Source: Heterostelium pallidum (Eukaryota). Taken from it: a DNA stretch of 64,000 bases. The notes below the pieces were generated by a model. The model ran no database searches and was not told where the DNA came from. It was given only the letters and a program-made list of their open reading frames with translations. The number at the start of each line of letters is the position of its first letter. The stretch's first letter is position 1. Location: the NCBI RefSeq assembly GCF_000004825.1, contig NW_008805068.1:1861471-1925470 (forward strand), written 5' to 3'. Of the stretch, positions 1 through 12,238 are shown one piece after another. Both the position numbers and the translations under genes were made by a program.

Positions 1-20
1 TATTATTATTATTATTTTAG

Positions 21-860
21 TTAAATCTTCTTTGCGATATTCTTTTGAACGTTTATATATGGCATAACGATAGATTTCAATTTCTCGTAGGCAGTTTCTA
101 AAGTATCGTTTTCAATGGCTTCATCAAAGAATCCATCTATATCGAGATAAGTCATCTCTTTCTTTGCTGTTTCCAATCTCTTTTTAATAGTTTCCTCTGT
201 TTCAGATCCACTGTGATATTAAAGTATTAATATGAGTGTGCATACACTTTGATATATGTAGTGTTATGTTTTGTTTTGCTTTGCTTTTACATACCGTCCT
301 CTTATTCTTGTTTCCAATATCTCTAATGAGGGTGGATAGATAAAGATGAATTTACATGGGATATTTGCACGTTTGACCGATTCACAACCTTGAACATCGA
401 TCTCCAACAGACAGATCTTACCCTTATCCAAGACGTCTTGCAATGCCTTCTTTGAGGTACCGTAGTAGTTTCCGTGTACGTTGGCACTCTCAATGAACAA
501 ACCATTAGCAATGTCCTTCTCGATAGCCTCGACAGTTGTGAAGTGGTAGTTTACACCGTCAACTTCACCTGCTCTTGGTTTTCTGGTAGTATGCGAAACA
601 CTGAATCCAAAACTTCCAATGAATTCACTCTTTAACTTTTCTATCACTAAATATAGCAATGAGAATAATAATAATAATAATGTAAGTTTATCATATGATA
701 TGATATCTATCTATCTACAAATCAAATTAAGTAATATAACTATTTGTATGTATATATATATATATCTATTTATATTTATCATATCATATCTCATACATGT
801 TCCTTTACCAGCACCGGATGGACCTGCAATAACAATTGGTATTAATTCTACTGTTTCCAT
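21..860 (-). CDS. gmkA: Guanylate kinase. Three exons: 797..860, 295..645, 21..210. Introns 646..796 and 211..294.
   Basis: Exon 1 encodes [21 protein letters not shown], a P-loop. It is joined (GTATGA...tatttag) to [36 protein letters not shown]...[10 protein letters not shown]...[16 protein letters not shown]. That is joined (GTATGT...atcacag) to [35 protein letters not shown]...NIAKKI*. Reading frame is kept across both junctions. Canonical GMP-kinase motifs are present. Confidence 0.85.
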
Positions 861-942
861 TTTATTGTTTTTTTGTCTTTTTTAAAAAAATAAATAAATA
901 CTACTATTATTACAATTACTACTAAAATTATATTTAAATAAT

Positions 943-973
<31 letters not shown>

Positions 974-1553
974 ACTTATAAATAGTTAATAATAATAATA
1001 TTGCTATTGTATAAATATAGAAATTTAAACGTTTTAGTGGATATTATTGTAGTGCAGTTTGGTGTAAACAGCAATAATTCAAATTGAGATTTATTATTAT
1101 TGCTGTTTCATTAATGGATTCTCTCTATTATTAAAACCACACCTTGACAAAAAACGAACAAAAAAAAAAAATAAAAAAGAAATAAAAAAAATCATTCAAA
1201 TTTTTTACTTTTTTTGAATTTCCTTGTTTTCTGTGTGTTACATTTGCTGCTCCAATTAGTTGTATTAATAAGTTAGAACTGTGTTTTTTTTTTTGTTTTT
1301 ATTATTTTTATTTTTATTTTTCATTTTCATTTTTAAAAGTTTAAGTTTTTTATTAAACAAAAAATAAAAACAGCAAGGCAGACATAATAAGAAAAGAATA
1401 GAATCATAGGAAATATATAGGACCGACATTCATTCATTCATTCACATCAGTAACCATTAATTTTTTATTATACACATTTTTTGTAAAAAATCAATTTCAC
1501 AAATAATAAATATAATATATATAGATAGATAGATAGATATAATAAATATAACA

Positions 1554-2419
1554 TGTCGAAAGATGTTAAAGTTGTAGTATTGGGACTTAGTTCTGTAGGA
1601 AAGAGTTGTTTAGTACATAGGTTCATTTCAAATCAATTCGAACATACTGTTATGGTAAGTTAAGACAATTATCTACTGCTTCATTTCATTGTCATTTCAA
1701 AGATTATCTTTTTTCTTAATGTTTTTAATAATAATATTGATTTATCTTTTGAAAAATAATAGACTGTAGGTGGTGCCTATTCAGCTAAAAAAGTTAGTGT
1801 AGGAAATAACACAGAAGTTTTATTAGGAATTTGGGATACTGCTGGAACTGGTATGATGTTTTAATTCAAACTTTACTTTAATGTAGAAACTAACCAAATA
1901 TAAATTTGATTTCGAATCAATAATATAGAACGATATGAAGCGGTAAATAGATCATATTATAGAAGAGCTAGGGCTGCCATTTTATGTTATGATTTGACAA
2001 ACTCTGCATCATTGGATAAAGTTAATTTTTGGATAGAGGAACTGACTCAGAATGAACCGAATATCGATATTTATATTGTAGGAACAAAATGTAGGTTTTA
2101 TCTCTTTTCTGTTGTGTTTTCATCATCATCAAAAACAAATAGTAACTAATCTCTCCTAATTTCAATTGGAATCGATAATCAAGTGGATTTAATTAGAGAC
2201 GGAACGAAACGAGCAATCAGTCAACAGGAAATCGATATTATAGCAGAGAAATTCAATGCAGTGGCCATCTTTGAAACATCTTCGAAAACAGGAGAAGGTG
2301 TTCAAGAGCTACTACAATCGATCGCTGATAATTTTTATAGAAAATATCCCAATGAAGTCAATGGTGATCAATCAGGTGTAAATATGTCAAATAATCAAAA
2401 GAAATCAACTTGTTGTTAA
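1554..2419 (+). CDS. rab24: Rab family small GTPase, most similar to Rab24 (WDTAGTERYEA.. switch II, C-terminal CC prenylation motif). Exons 1554..1654, 1763..1850, 1929..2090, 2184..2419.
   Basis: MSKDVKVVVLGLSSVGKSCLVHRFISNQFEHTVM | TVGGAYSAKKVSVGNNTEVLLGIWDTAGT | ERYEAVNRSYYRRARAAILCYDLTNSASLDKVNFWIEEL...IVGTK | LDLIRDGTKRAISQQEIDIIAEKFNAVAIFETSSKTGEGV...KKSTCC*. Introns start GTAAGT/GTATGA/GTAGGT and end in ag, with phases consistent. G1-G5 GTPase boxes are present. Rab24-like SERYEA in place of QERF. Confidence 0.78.
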
Positions 2420-2969
2420 ATAATAATAATAATAATAGTACATTTTCCAAAATCATTTCAACTTTTTAATATAATATAACATAACATAACAAACAATATA
2501 ATAATACAATAAGTAAAACTTGAGTAGTAACGATAAGTGGAGAGAGTTTTTCTATCCGTTGGATAATTGAAAAAAGTATCATCACCAACTACACTTTACA
2601 AATATTTCAATCAATCAAACAAATCAATCAACCAATCATATCATTTTTATTTAAAATTTAAAACAAAACAAAACAAAAACATATAAACTTAAAAGAAGAA
2701 GAAGAAAAGTTATACATCTTTTCTTTTCTTTTTTTTTTTACTTTTAATATCCTTACAATCAAAAAATATCGATATGATTTTTCAGATCTTTTTTTTTTTT
2801 GTTTCAATAAGTTATTATTTATAAATTTATTATTTAATAAAACAAAAGAAGAGAGAGTAGAGGTAAAGGAGGGTGTAGGTATATGATTATTATCTATATT
2901 ATATATTAATTATGTTTTGTTATTATCATATGATATTGGGTTGGTTTATGATTTATTTTTTTTTTTTCT

Positions 2970-4370
2970 TTAAACTTGTGCGGTTGTGGAGTGATGTCCG
3001 TTGGATGGTTGTTCAACTTTCTTTTTCTTGTGAGATTCTACGTGGTGTTCGTCGAATTGTTCTTCCTCGGTTGAACCGACCAGTGCAAGTGTCGATGATT
3101 TACCACCAGAGATAACCTGTGAAACGTTGTCAAAGTAACCGGTACCGACTTCACGTTGGTGACGAGTGGCAGTGTATCCCATCTTCTCCAGTGAGAACTC
3201 CTTCTCTTGGAGCTTGACGTAGGCAGTCATACCCTTTGATACGTATTCGTGTGCCAATTCGAACATCGAGAGATTCAAAGCGTGGAAACCAGCGAGTGTA
3301 ATAAATTGGAATTTGTAACCGAGCTTACTGAGATCCTGTTGGAAGGTGGCGATCTGCTCCGACGACAAGTGTTGCTTCCAGTGGAACGATGGCGAGCAGT
3401 TGTAGGCGAGCAACTTTCCTGGGTATTTAGCGTGGATTCCTTCAGCGAATTTCTTGGCGAGCTCAATGTTTGGAGTGGAAGTTTCCATCCAGAGTAGATC
3501 GGCGTATGGGGCGTAGGCGAGGGCACGGTCAATGGCAACTTCGATACCCTTGTTCACCTCAAAGTAACCCTCGATGGTTCTCTTTCCATTCAGGTGCTTC
3601 TTGTCTCTTGAGTCAATGTCGGTAGTCAAGAGGTTGGCACCGAGCGAATCGGTTCTGGCAACGATAATGGTTGGGGTACCCATGACGTCGGCAGCCAAAC
3701 GAGCGGCGGTAAGTGTTCTAATGTGTTGGCTGGTTGGAATACAGACTTTTCCACCCATGTGACCGCACTTCTTCTCAGAGGCGAGCTGGTCCTCCCAGTG
3801 GACACCAGAGGCACCGGCTTCAATCATGCTCTTCATGAGCTCAAAGGCGTTCAAAGGACCACCGAAACCGGCTTCAGCATCGGCAACGATTGGAGTTGGC
3901 AAGTAGCTGTGTTCCAAGTTTCCTTCGCTCCATTCGATTTGATCACGACGTCTCAGGGCATTGTTGATTCTTCTGACCAGCTCTGGAACACTGTTTACGG
4001 CGTACAACGACTGATCTGGATACATCTGACCGGAGGTGTTGTTGTCGGCGGCAGTCTGCCAACCACTCAAATAGATTGACTTTAGTCCGGAGCGAACCAT
4101 CTGCACGGCTTGGTTACCGGTGAGCGAACCCAATGCCGGAACAAAGCTGTTCTTATCGTTCAACATCTCCCAAAGCTTCTCGGCACCCTTGTGGGCAATG
4201 GTGTATTCCTCTCTGAACGATCCACGAAGACGGACGACCTCCTCTGCAGTGTAATCACGTTGGACACCCTTCCATCTTGGATTGGTATCCCACTCCTTCT
4301 GCAACAACTTGGCTTCTTCTCTCATTCTATCTTTAATCAACTGAGTATTGTTTTTGCTATCCATTTCCAT
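2970..4370 (-). CDS. Isocitrate lyase (glyoxylate cycle), single exon, 466 aa
   Basis: Uninterrupted ORF containing the ICL signature KKCGHMGGK. Further conserved blocks [43 protein letters not shown] and [11 protein letters not shown]-terminal His/Lys-rich extension is present. Confidence 0.9.
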   Translation of the reverse strand: MEMDSKNNTQLIKDRMREEAKLLQKEWDTNPRWKGVQRDYTAEEVVRLRGSFREEYTIAHKGAEKLWEMLNDKNSFVPALGSLTGNQAVQMVRSGLKSIYLSGWQTAADNNTSGQMYPDQSLYAVNSVPELVRRINNALRRRDQIEWSEGNLEHSYLPTPIVADAEAGFGGPLNAFELMKSMIEAGASGVHWEDQLASEKKCGHMGGKVCIPTSQHIRTLTAARLAADVMGTPTIIVARTDSLGANLLTTDIDSRDKKHLNGKRTIEGYFEVNKGIEVAIDRALAYAPYADLLWMETSTPNIELAKKFAEGIHAKYPGKLLAYNCSPSFHWKQHLSSEQIATFQQDLSKLGYKFQFITLAGFHALNLSMFELAHEYVSKGMTAYVKLQEKEFSLEKMGYTATRHQREVGTGYFDNVSQVISGGKSSTLALVGSTEEEQFDEHHVESHKKKKVEQPSNGHHSTTAQV

Positions 4371-7080
4371 GACTTTATATATATATGTTAAAAATTAATA
4401 TTAATATTTAAAAGAAAGATAATTGAATGTACGTATTATTGTTTTATGGTTATTTTTTCGAAATTTAGAAATTACTGGATTTAGGTTGGATTGTTGAAAT
4501 AATGAAATTTAAATAAATGGATATTTATACAAAAATATTGTTGTGGATGGAAAGAAAATCAAATCCTACTAAAAATTTTATTAAACAAAACAAAAAAAAA
4601 AGAAGAGTATACAAGAAACAATAATATTTATCAAATTAATGTAATTTAATAATATAGATTAAATTCTAGACGATTAAAATAATAATCAAATACTTGAAAT
4701 GATGATGTTGTATATATGTTTGCAATTTTTTTGAATAAAGAAAAAAACATTTTTTGTTATTGAATGGGTTTGGAAAGAGATTATATTGTAGGTAGTCCAC
4801 TCCACTTCGGTCAAACCACAAAGTTTTACATTAGATTTAGAGGTTGAGTGTAGTAGTAGTAGTTGCTAGTACATTTACTTTGATCATTTGACTGAGAAAC
4901 AACCAAGCAACTATCCAACAACAATAACAACAACAACCAATACTAATGACAACAACAACTTACCAAATTTGGATTATTTATTAAAAATAATATTTATTTC
5001 TTTTAAATAAAATAAAAAATGAATAATAATAATAATAGTAATAAGACAAGATGAATATAGTAAAATTATTGTTTTTATTATTTTACGCTATTGTGTATAC
5101 AAACTAATAATAAAACAACAACAACTACAAACCAAATGAATTTATATTTGATGCAAATGATTTTAAATTGAATTCAATTATTATTAATAAAATGTAATGA
5201 AATGTATTAGTTTTGGTTTTTGATTCTTTCTGAATAAAATTGATGGTACGTGGAGGAGTGAGTAGGTAGTCGAACATTGTTAATGCTGGTTTTGTTATAT
5301 GATGATATGAATGATAATACAATCTACAAAATAGAAAAACTACATCACCAACACACACACACACACACTAAACTATTTCCCCCACACTGAATCCAACAAT
5401 ACACTGAAAAAAAACACACATTTCACCACCACAAAAACTCACTCTTCATCTCTACCCAATACTATTAGCAATCTACTACTATAACAAAACAAAAATGTTG
5501 TTTAATTTCATTTTTTTCATCTCATTTCATTGTATTTGAGCGATACTTAAATTAAACATTCGTGTGTTTTGGGGAGGAATAAGAATAGAGGAGTTTAATA
5601 TTTGAAAAAGAAAAAAATCAAAATTCCATGTACATTTTATGAGTATTTTTTGTAAAACATATAGAAAAACTACAAAATAATTACTTTTGATAATTTTTAT
5701 TATCAATTATTTATCAAATTTGTTATTTATTTCTTTCAAAATTCTAAATTTACTTACTTTTATAAAGTTTTTTTAAATGTATGTGTACAAATATTTGAAA
5801 TTGAAATTGAAATTTATTAGGTAAAAATGATAATAATTAATTATTAATATTATTAATGATAATATATATATAATTTAAATATACAAAAAGATTATTTTAT
5901 TTGTTTGATTTGGAATTTGAATACAGAGTTAATAAATGGAATTAAAGTTGTTGAGGTCCTCACTATAAATAGAATTCCATTTGAAAAAAAAAACTTGTAA
6001 AATGAATGCTTAATTTATGATTAATAGCTTTTTTCAAAGATAAATATCTAAATGTGACATTATATTTCTTCTTTTGGATTGCAATGTCCACACAAAACTT
6101 TATTAGATGGTTCAATTTCAGTGTGTTTAACAAAAAAAAACAATGTGTTTTATTTTGAAATTTCGGGCACTTGAAAAAAAATTCAATCATTGATTTACTT
6201 TTTTGGGCAAACTGCATAAAATTACATTAATCTACAAGAAACAAAGTAAAAAGGTACTCCTATTACTCTTTAGGACAATATTAATAATTATATAAACTTG
6301 ATTCAAATTTATTTATTCCGAATATTTTGTGTAGAAAAAAAAAAACAAAAATATTTTAATTTGATTTAATTTTGTTTTTAATAAAGATAAAATCAATCAT
6401 GGCATGTTATGTTTCATTCTATTTTGTAAAAATAAACGGCAATTTGTAAATTATCAATCCTATCTTTTTTTTGTTTTTCGATTTTGAACCGTGAACCCAT
6501 GGTGTAATAATCGTTTCAATTAAGTATAGTTCCCACTTGTCTACTTCCTTCTCCATTTTGAAATTGACATCAATTTAAGACTAATTAGTAAATTTAGAAT
6601 TAAATCTCCATTGGAAATTTGACATTTACCATTATTTTTGAATCAATTCAAAAACAAACTTATTTATTAAAAATTATTTACAATTATTATCATGATTTTT
6701 ATATCCCCATCATAATAATAATACAGATACAACTTTTGTTCTACAAATAAATATTAATGAATGATTGATTACAAGATATTTCCTTTTTTGATATTATATT
6801 TTATTTTATTTTGTTTTGTTTTGTTTTTTTTTTTTAGTTTTTAAATACTTTAATGTTTAAAAAAATTTAACTATTAAGATTACTATCTTTTATTACTTAA
6901 TTCATTTTTATATTTAATAAATGTAATGAATTTAATGATCATCACCCAATATGAATGACTTTCAAAAAAAAAAAAAAAAAATTAACAAAAAAAAAAAAAA
7001 AAAACAAATATTTAAATAAATTAAAGTTCAAACATCAATTGTCTGTGAATTATTTGATTTATTGTTAGAATAATCACAAA

Positions 7081-10038
7081 ATGAATGTGAGGAAACTTCA
7101 AGGTAGGTACTTACAAAACAACAAGTGCACTTTTGTTGATCTTCTTCTTTGCAACTAGATTACAATCAAATTTATTATAAATATTTATATAAATATATAT
7201 ATATAATTGATCATAATCACCTTTTTTTTATATTATAATTATAATATAATATTTATATAGAATTCAATGGTCAATTACTCTATAGTTAGATGTAGATTGT
7301 TAGATAATTAGTTTATTAGTTAGATAGAAAGAAATCAACATTAGATAGATAGATGATTGAATTTAGCTAATATATATATTAATATATCATTTATAACTAT
7401 AAACTGTAGGTGAAATCGACAAGACACTAAAGAAGGTGGCAGAAGGTGTTGTAGAATTCGATGCTATTCTGAAAAAGGTGTATGCTGCCACAAGTTCAAA
7501 TCAAAAAGATAAATATGAAGGTGATCTGAAAAAGGAAATAAAGAAACTACAGCGTTATAGAGATCAAATAAAGAATTGGTTAACAAATAATGAAGTAAAG
7601 AATAAATCATCGCTATTGGAATATAGGAAATTAGTTGAACAGGTAAATTTCAATCAATCATCAAAAAAAAAAAAAAAGAATGGAATAATAATAATAATTA
7701 TACTGATTCATTTCATTACAATTATAATTTATATTTATTGGTTATAATATATAATAATAATCTTTTCAAATTCAATCAATTAATCAATTAATCAATCAAA
7801 TCAATTAGAAAATGGAACAATTTAAAGCGTGTGAAAAAGAAACAAAGACAAAAGCATACTCTAAAGAAGGATTGGGACAAACACCGAAGGATAACGATGC
7901 GAAAATACAGGTTAGATATTGGGCAGGCAAAGCAATCAGTAGTCTAAAGTCGCAGATCGAAAGTTTCGAAACCGATATAGAGAACATACCCGTTAGAAAG
8001 AGAAAGACAGAGTCGTCCAAAGTGGAATCCATACAAAAGTATCTGGAACACCACAGATACCATCTGCGTGCACTCGAACTACTAAGACGTGCAATGGAAA
8101 ACGACAAGATCCCCGCTGAGGAAATAGAAAAGATAAAAGACAGTGTAGAATATTATATCGATAACTATGAGGTAAGATAATACAATATGTTCATTCTATT
8201 CTTTCTTTATTCTCAATAGTATATCCGCATCCGGGGGCATTCGCTTCGTGTTTCATTCAATTATTAACCAACTAACTCTACACTATCATATCATTTAATA
8301 TAATAAACTACAAACAGGATGAAAACAATGAAGAACCAGAAGAAATATATAGTGGATTCAATTTGAAGATATCGACTACCAGTTCGGGAGATGACGACCT
8401 GGATCTGTCGATGGACGAGAGCGACGACGATGATATTGGACTTTCGTCGGATTCCGATGAGAATGAGAATGGAGATAGTGGAAATGGTGGAGATGACGAG
8501 AGCAGTAGCGGTAGTAATATTGTGACGCCGTCGGCAACTCAATCGTCGTCACCAACGATCGCGCCACTACCAACACCCAGCGCGTCCACTCCGACTGCCA
8601 CCGCATCGACAACTGCCACCGCCAACAAACCAACAAGCCAGAATCAACCAAATCCATCGCCATCACTGACATCTTCATCATCGTCCACCAACATCAACAA
8701 TCCCGCCAACAAAATCGAGAGAATCTCGTCGCCACCCGCTGTCAATATTAGTTCGAACAACAACAACCATCCAAATACACAAACTATCTCCTCTTCTTCT
8801 TCCAGCACAACTCAGCCACAAAACTCGAGAAATTCAACACCTTCACCAACATTCTCGTCTGTAACTAAATCAAATATCAAAGCTACTCCAGAGTCGTCCA
8901 CTGCAGGAACCGCCAGCGGAAACAACAGTAAACCCGTTGGTCATCAACCACCACCACAACAACAACAACCAAATCCACAATTGTCAACACCACCACAACA
9001 ACCACAACCAAATCCACAACAACCATATCCACAACCTAATATTAATTTACCAGGCAATCTGCCCATGGCCCAACGATTGCAGATGCATCAGCAACAAGTC
9101 ACTGCTGCCGCCCATATACAACAACAGATGGCAGCACAACAACAAGCTGCCGCCGCCGCTCAACAACAACAACAACAGCAACAACAACAACAACAATTTA
9201 ACATGCGAAACCCAAGAGGTGTTGTACAACAATATCCTTATCAACTTAAAGATGATTTAGATAGTGGTAAGCAAACAGATATTTACTAAATCTAATAACA
9301 CATTACTAATATTATTATCTATCAGTTAAAGATTCACTTGGACAAATGAATTTATTGAAATCGAATTCTCCTCCACATGGATCATCACCATCGCCACCCG
9401 GAATCGGAGGTGAGAGTGCCGATGACATTAAGAATAATGAAACATTTGATACTAGCTCCAATTTGTATCCAGGAACTTTGGCAGAGTTGTCGTCGGCTAC
9501 GATGTCGAGAATCCAGAATGAGACAAACGGTGGTGTCGGTGTTGGTTTTGTTGGTCACGGCCAGGCCGATCCTTCAGCCACAAAAATGCACTCCTCTCAA
9601 AACTACGAGGAGAATCTCTCGATCACTCGTGTCATGATGGAAACCAGCTTCAAGTATGTGCCCGAATACAAGGACTACGAACGTCAACAACCGTACCTGC
9701 CCAAGAACCCCAAACAAACTCCTAGTTACTACCCACCCATCCCACTGCCGATCTTTGACCAGCCTGCCATCTTTGAAAAGTTTGAAATCGATCCACTCTT
9801 TTTTATCTTTTACTTCAAGCAGGGCACCTATCAGCAGTTCTTGGCGGCACGCGAACTCAAGAAGCAGGGTTGGCGTTACCACAAGAAGTATCTAACATGG
9901 TTCCGCAGACACGAAGAGCCAAAGGAAATCACAAACGACTACGAGCAAGGTACCTATGTCTATTTCGATTACGAAACCGGTTGGTGTCAAAGAAAGAAAA
10001 CTGAATTCACATTTGAATATAGATTCCTCGAGGAATAA
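7081..10038 (+). CDS. not3: CCR4-NOT transcription complex subunit 3 (NOT3/NOT5 family). Exons 7081..7102, 7410..7642, 7809..8171, 8318..9266, 9326..10038.
   Basis: The N-terminus MNVRKLQ|[58 protein letters not shown]...|[23 protein letters not shown]...[15 protein letters not shown] matches the Not3 N-domain almost residue-for-residue (compare human CNOT3 MADKRKLQGEIDRCLKKV...[15 protein letters not shown]). The middle exon is a long S/T/P/Q-rich linker that the ORF track reports separately at 8363..9289. The C-terminal exon carries the NOT2/3/5 box [67 protein letters not shown]. All junctions are GTAAGN...AG with the frame preserved. Confidence 0.85.
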
Positions 10039-10299
10039 TTCAAACAAACAAAACATCATCACAATCAAAGTCTAAAGAAAAAATCAAAAAAACAACAACA
10101 AAAACCAGATCCATATTAAAACCAACCAAATCAGTCTCTTCGCGTCAACCACCACTTGGCTGTGGGACATTCCACCACCAAAAATAAAAAAATAATAAAA
10201 CAAAATATTTAAACTCAAATATATATATATATTAATATATGCAAATAATTGATTTATTTATGAAATATTCATGAATTAGACAATAAATAATCAGTTTAT

Positions 10300-12238
10300 T
10301 TAGTTGCAAGTCGGTCCAGATCCACCCATATTGCATTTGCATGATAGAACCTGGCCTCTTTCATTTATTGTAGCAATACCATTGTAACATTCACCAGTGA
10401 CACCGAGTACTTTTGCAACATCGGTTGTATTCTCTTGGAAAATTGTGTAGTAGTAGGATGGAATTGGGTTGGTGACATTCACAATATTATAACTGTAGAT
10501 TGCTTCGTAATTGAATGTATATGATTGTTCCCTATATTTAAAAGGTTAGAAGTGAAATACTCACAAACTATTAATTGTTATAATATACAATACATACATA
10601 CTACTCTTTGAATCAATGAAAAGTCCACCTTTTAATGAATCTGGAGGTGTTTGAAAGAATAATCCTCCGGCAATATTCTTGGCACTGTTATACCAAAATG
10701 ATGATTGATTCAAGTTGATAAATACCGATTGATTATACTTTTGGACAACACTCTTTAAATAAAGTTTGAAGGTTATTGTATAAGTAATGAATTTTATATA
10801 TATAGTGACACCATTTCATTAAAGTAGATATGACTTACGATTGCACCACCATCACCATGGGCAAAGTTGTTGTAGAAATTAGAGTTTGTTATGATTATCT
10901 CTTGTGGAATGTTTCCATTGGCGACATAGATGGCACCTCCATTGTAACCAGAGTTACTATTGAATTCAGTGCTCCTTATATATATGCTACCGAGTCCAGC
11001 ATTGATTGCACCACCAAATCCAAGACCACCTCCAAACTCTGCCAGATTGCCAGTGAAACTAGAGTCAACGACAATTAAACCACTGCTATTAGGTCGGTCC
11101 AAAGAGTACTTGTAGATTGCACCGCCATTCAATGCAGAGTTGTTTAGGAACTGTGAATTCTCAGTGATTATTTGATTTAAACTAAAGATTGCTCCACCTA
11201 TCTGCGCGTTGTTGCCGCTAAATATAGTGTTACTGATGTAGCTTTTCTCAATAACTGCTATAGCACCACCGTTGTCAGCTGCATCATTATTTGCAAATAT
11301 CGAATGTTGGACATATAGGAACTGGTTAGAACGGAGTGCTCCACCATCTTGGTAGGCATAGTTATTGGAGAACAATGAGTTGTAAACATAGATCTTATTG
11401 GCATCTACTACACCTCCATTGACTCCGGCCTCGTTGAAGTTAAAGTCAGAGTTACTAATATTGACAACTCCATTGAGTGCATAGATGGAGCCACCACTTC
11501 CCGTAGAAAATCCGCCATTCAATACAGAGTTTCTTATCTCATTGTAGTTTGCTTCTGAATAGAGAAATCCTCCGGTTTCATTGGCGCTACACACTTTGGA
11601 GTGAACATCGTTCAGAATTACACTGGTGTCATATCTCTCTGTTACTATCTCAATACAACCTCCATTTCCAAGAGTTTGACATGAAATAAATGTGATACCA
11701 TTGAATATCAAATCAATTGGAGTTTCGATTTGTAAACTAATAAATTGATTCTAAAATTTTATAAATGGATTGTTAATATTCTAATAGATATATCTATAAT
11801 ATTCTTTGAAAATTACATACAGAACAATTAAAAGTGACACTATTGATTGAAGTGAATGAGAGAGTTCCACTTATTTGAAGTGCATTCGAAGGTAATACAC
11901 TTGGACAGGCAGTATCGGTGTAATCGCCACTTGGAATTAATATTTCAAATTTTGAAAATTCTTTGGAATAACTATTAAAATTTTCAATACAATAAACAAT
12001 TTTCGGACATGATCTAGATATAAAAAGAAAGAATATTAGTATTTAATGTCTTGAAGAAATTTCATAATTCATTTTGATAATTACAAAGAAGTTGCATTTT
12101 CAACAACACACTGAGATAATTGTGTATTAATAGTGCATGTAATTAAATCGTTGCTAGATGAAGAAGAAATCGCTATCTTTTTTGAAGATGAAAGATGAAT
12201 TGTAAATACAAATAATAAAAACAATATTTTATAGCCTG
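10300..12238 (-). CDS. Secreted protein built of chlamydial polymorphic-membrane-protein (Pmp)-type repeats forming a predicted parallel beta-helix, with a C-terminal EGF-like Cys module. About 6 exons. The signal-peptide exon ends near 12080. The main repeat exon is 10842..11711. The last exon is 10300..~10530.
   Basis: N-terminal exon MTGYKILFLLFVFTIHLSSSKKIA... is a signal peptide. The large exon holds at least 9 tandem copies of the Pmp signature F(S/T)xN.A...GGAI(Y/F), for example FSGNNAQIGGAIFS, FLNNSALNGGAIYK, FANNDAADNGGAIAV, FYNNFAHGDGGAI, FNSNSGYNGGAIYV. A GTAAGT donor falls right after the GGAI at 10842. The terminal exon ...ECYNGIATINERGQVLSCKCNMGGSGPTCN* has EGF-like cysteine spacing. 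Interior exon boundaries are only approximate. Confidence 0.72.

Noticed and set aside
619-885. + strand 88-aa ORF overlapping the guanylate kinase 5' end
   Set aside because: Antisense and intron-spanning reading. The real gene is on the - strand, with the P-loop exon at 797..860.
3249-4391. Several 60-120-aa ORFs on the + strand (3249..3497, 3574..3762, 3723..4079, 4110..4391) and a - strand 87-aa ORF at 3275..3538
   Set aside because: All lie inside or antisense to the isocitrate lyase CDS. They are frame artefacts of a GC-richer gene with few stops and have no independent signal.
8363-9289. 308-aa S/T/P/Q-rich ORF reported as a stand-alone ORF
   Set aside because: It is the in-frame low-complexity linker exon (8318..9266) of NOT3. 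It is flanked by a GTAAGA...acag acceptor upstream and a GTAAGC donor downstream, both in phase with the conserved N- and C-terminal NOT3 domains.
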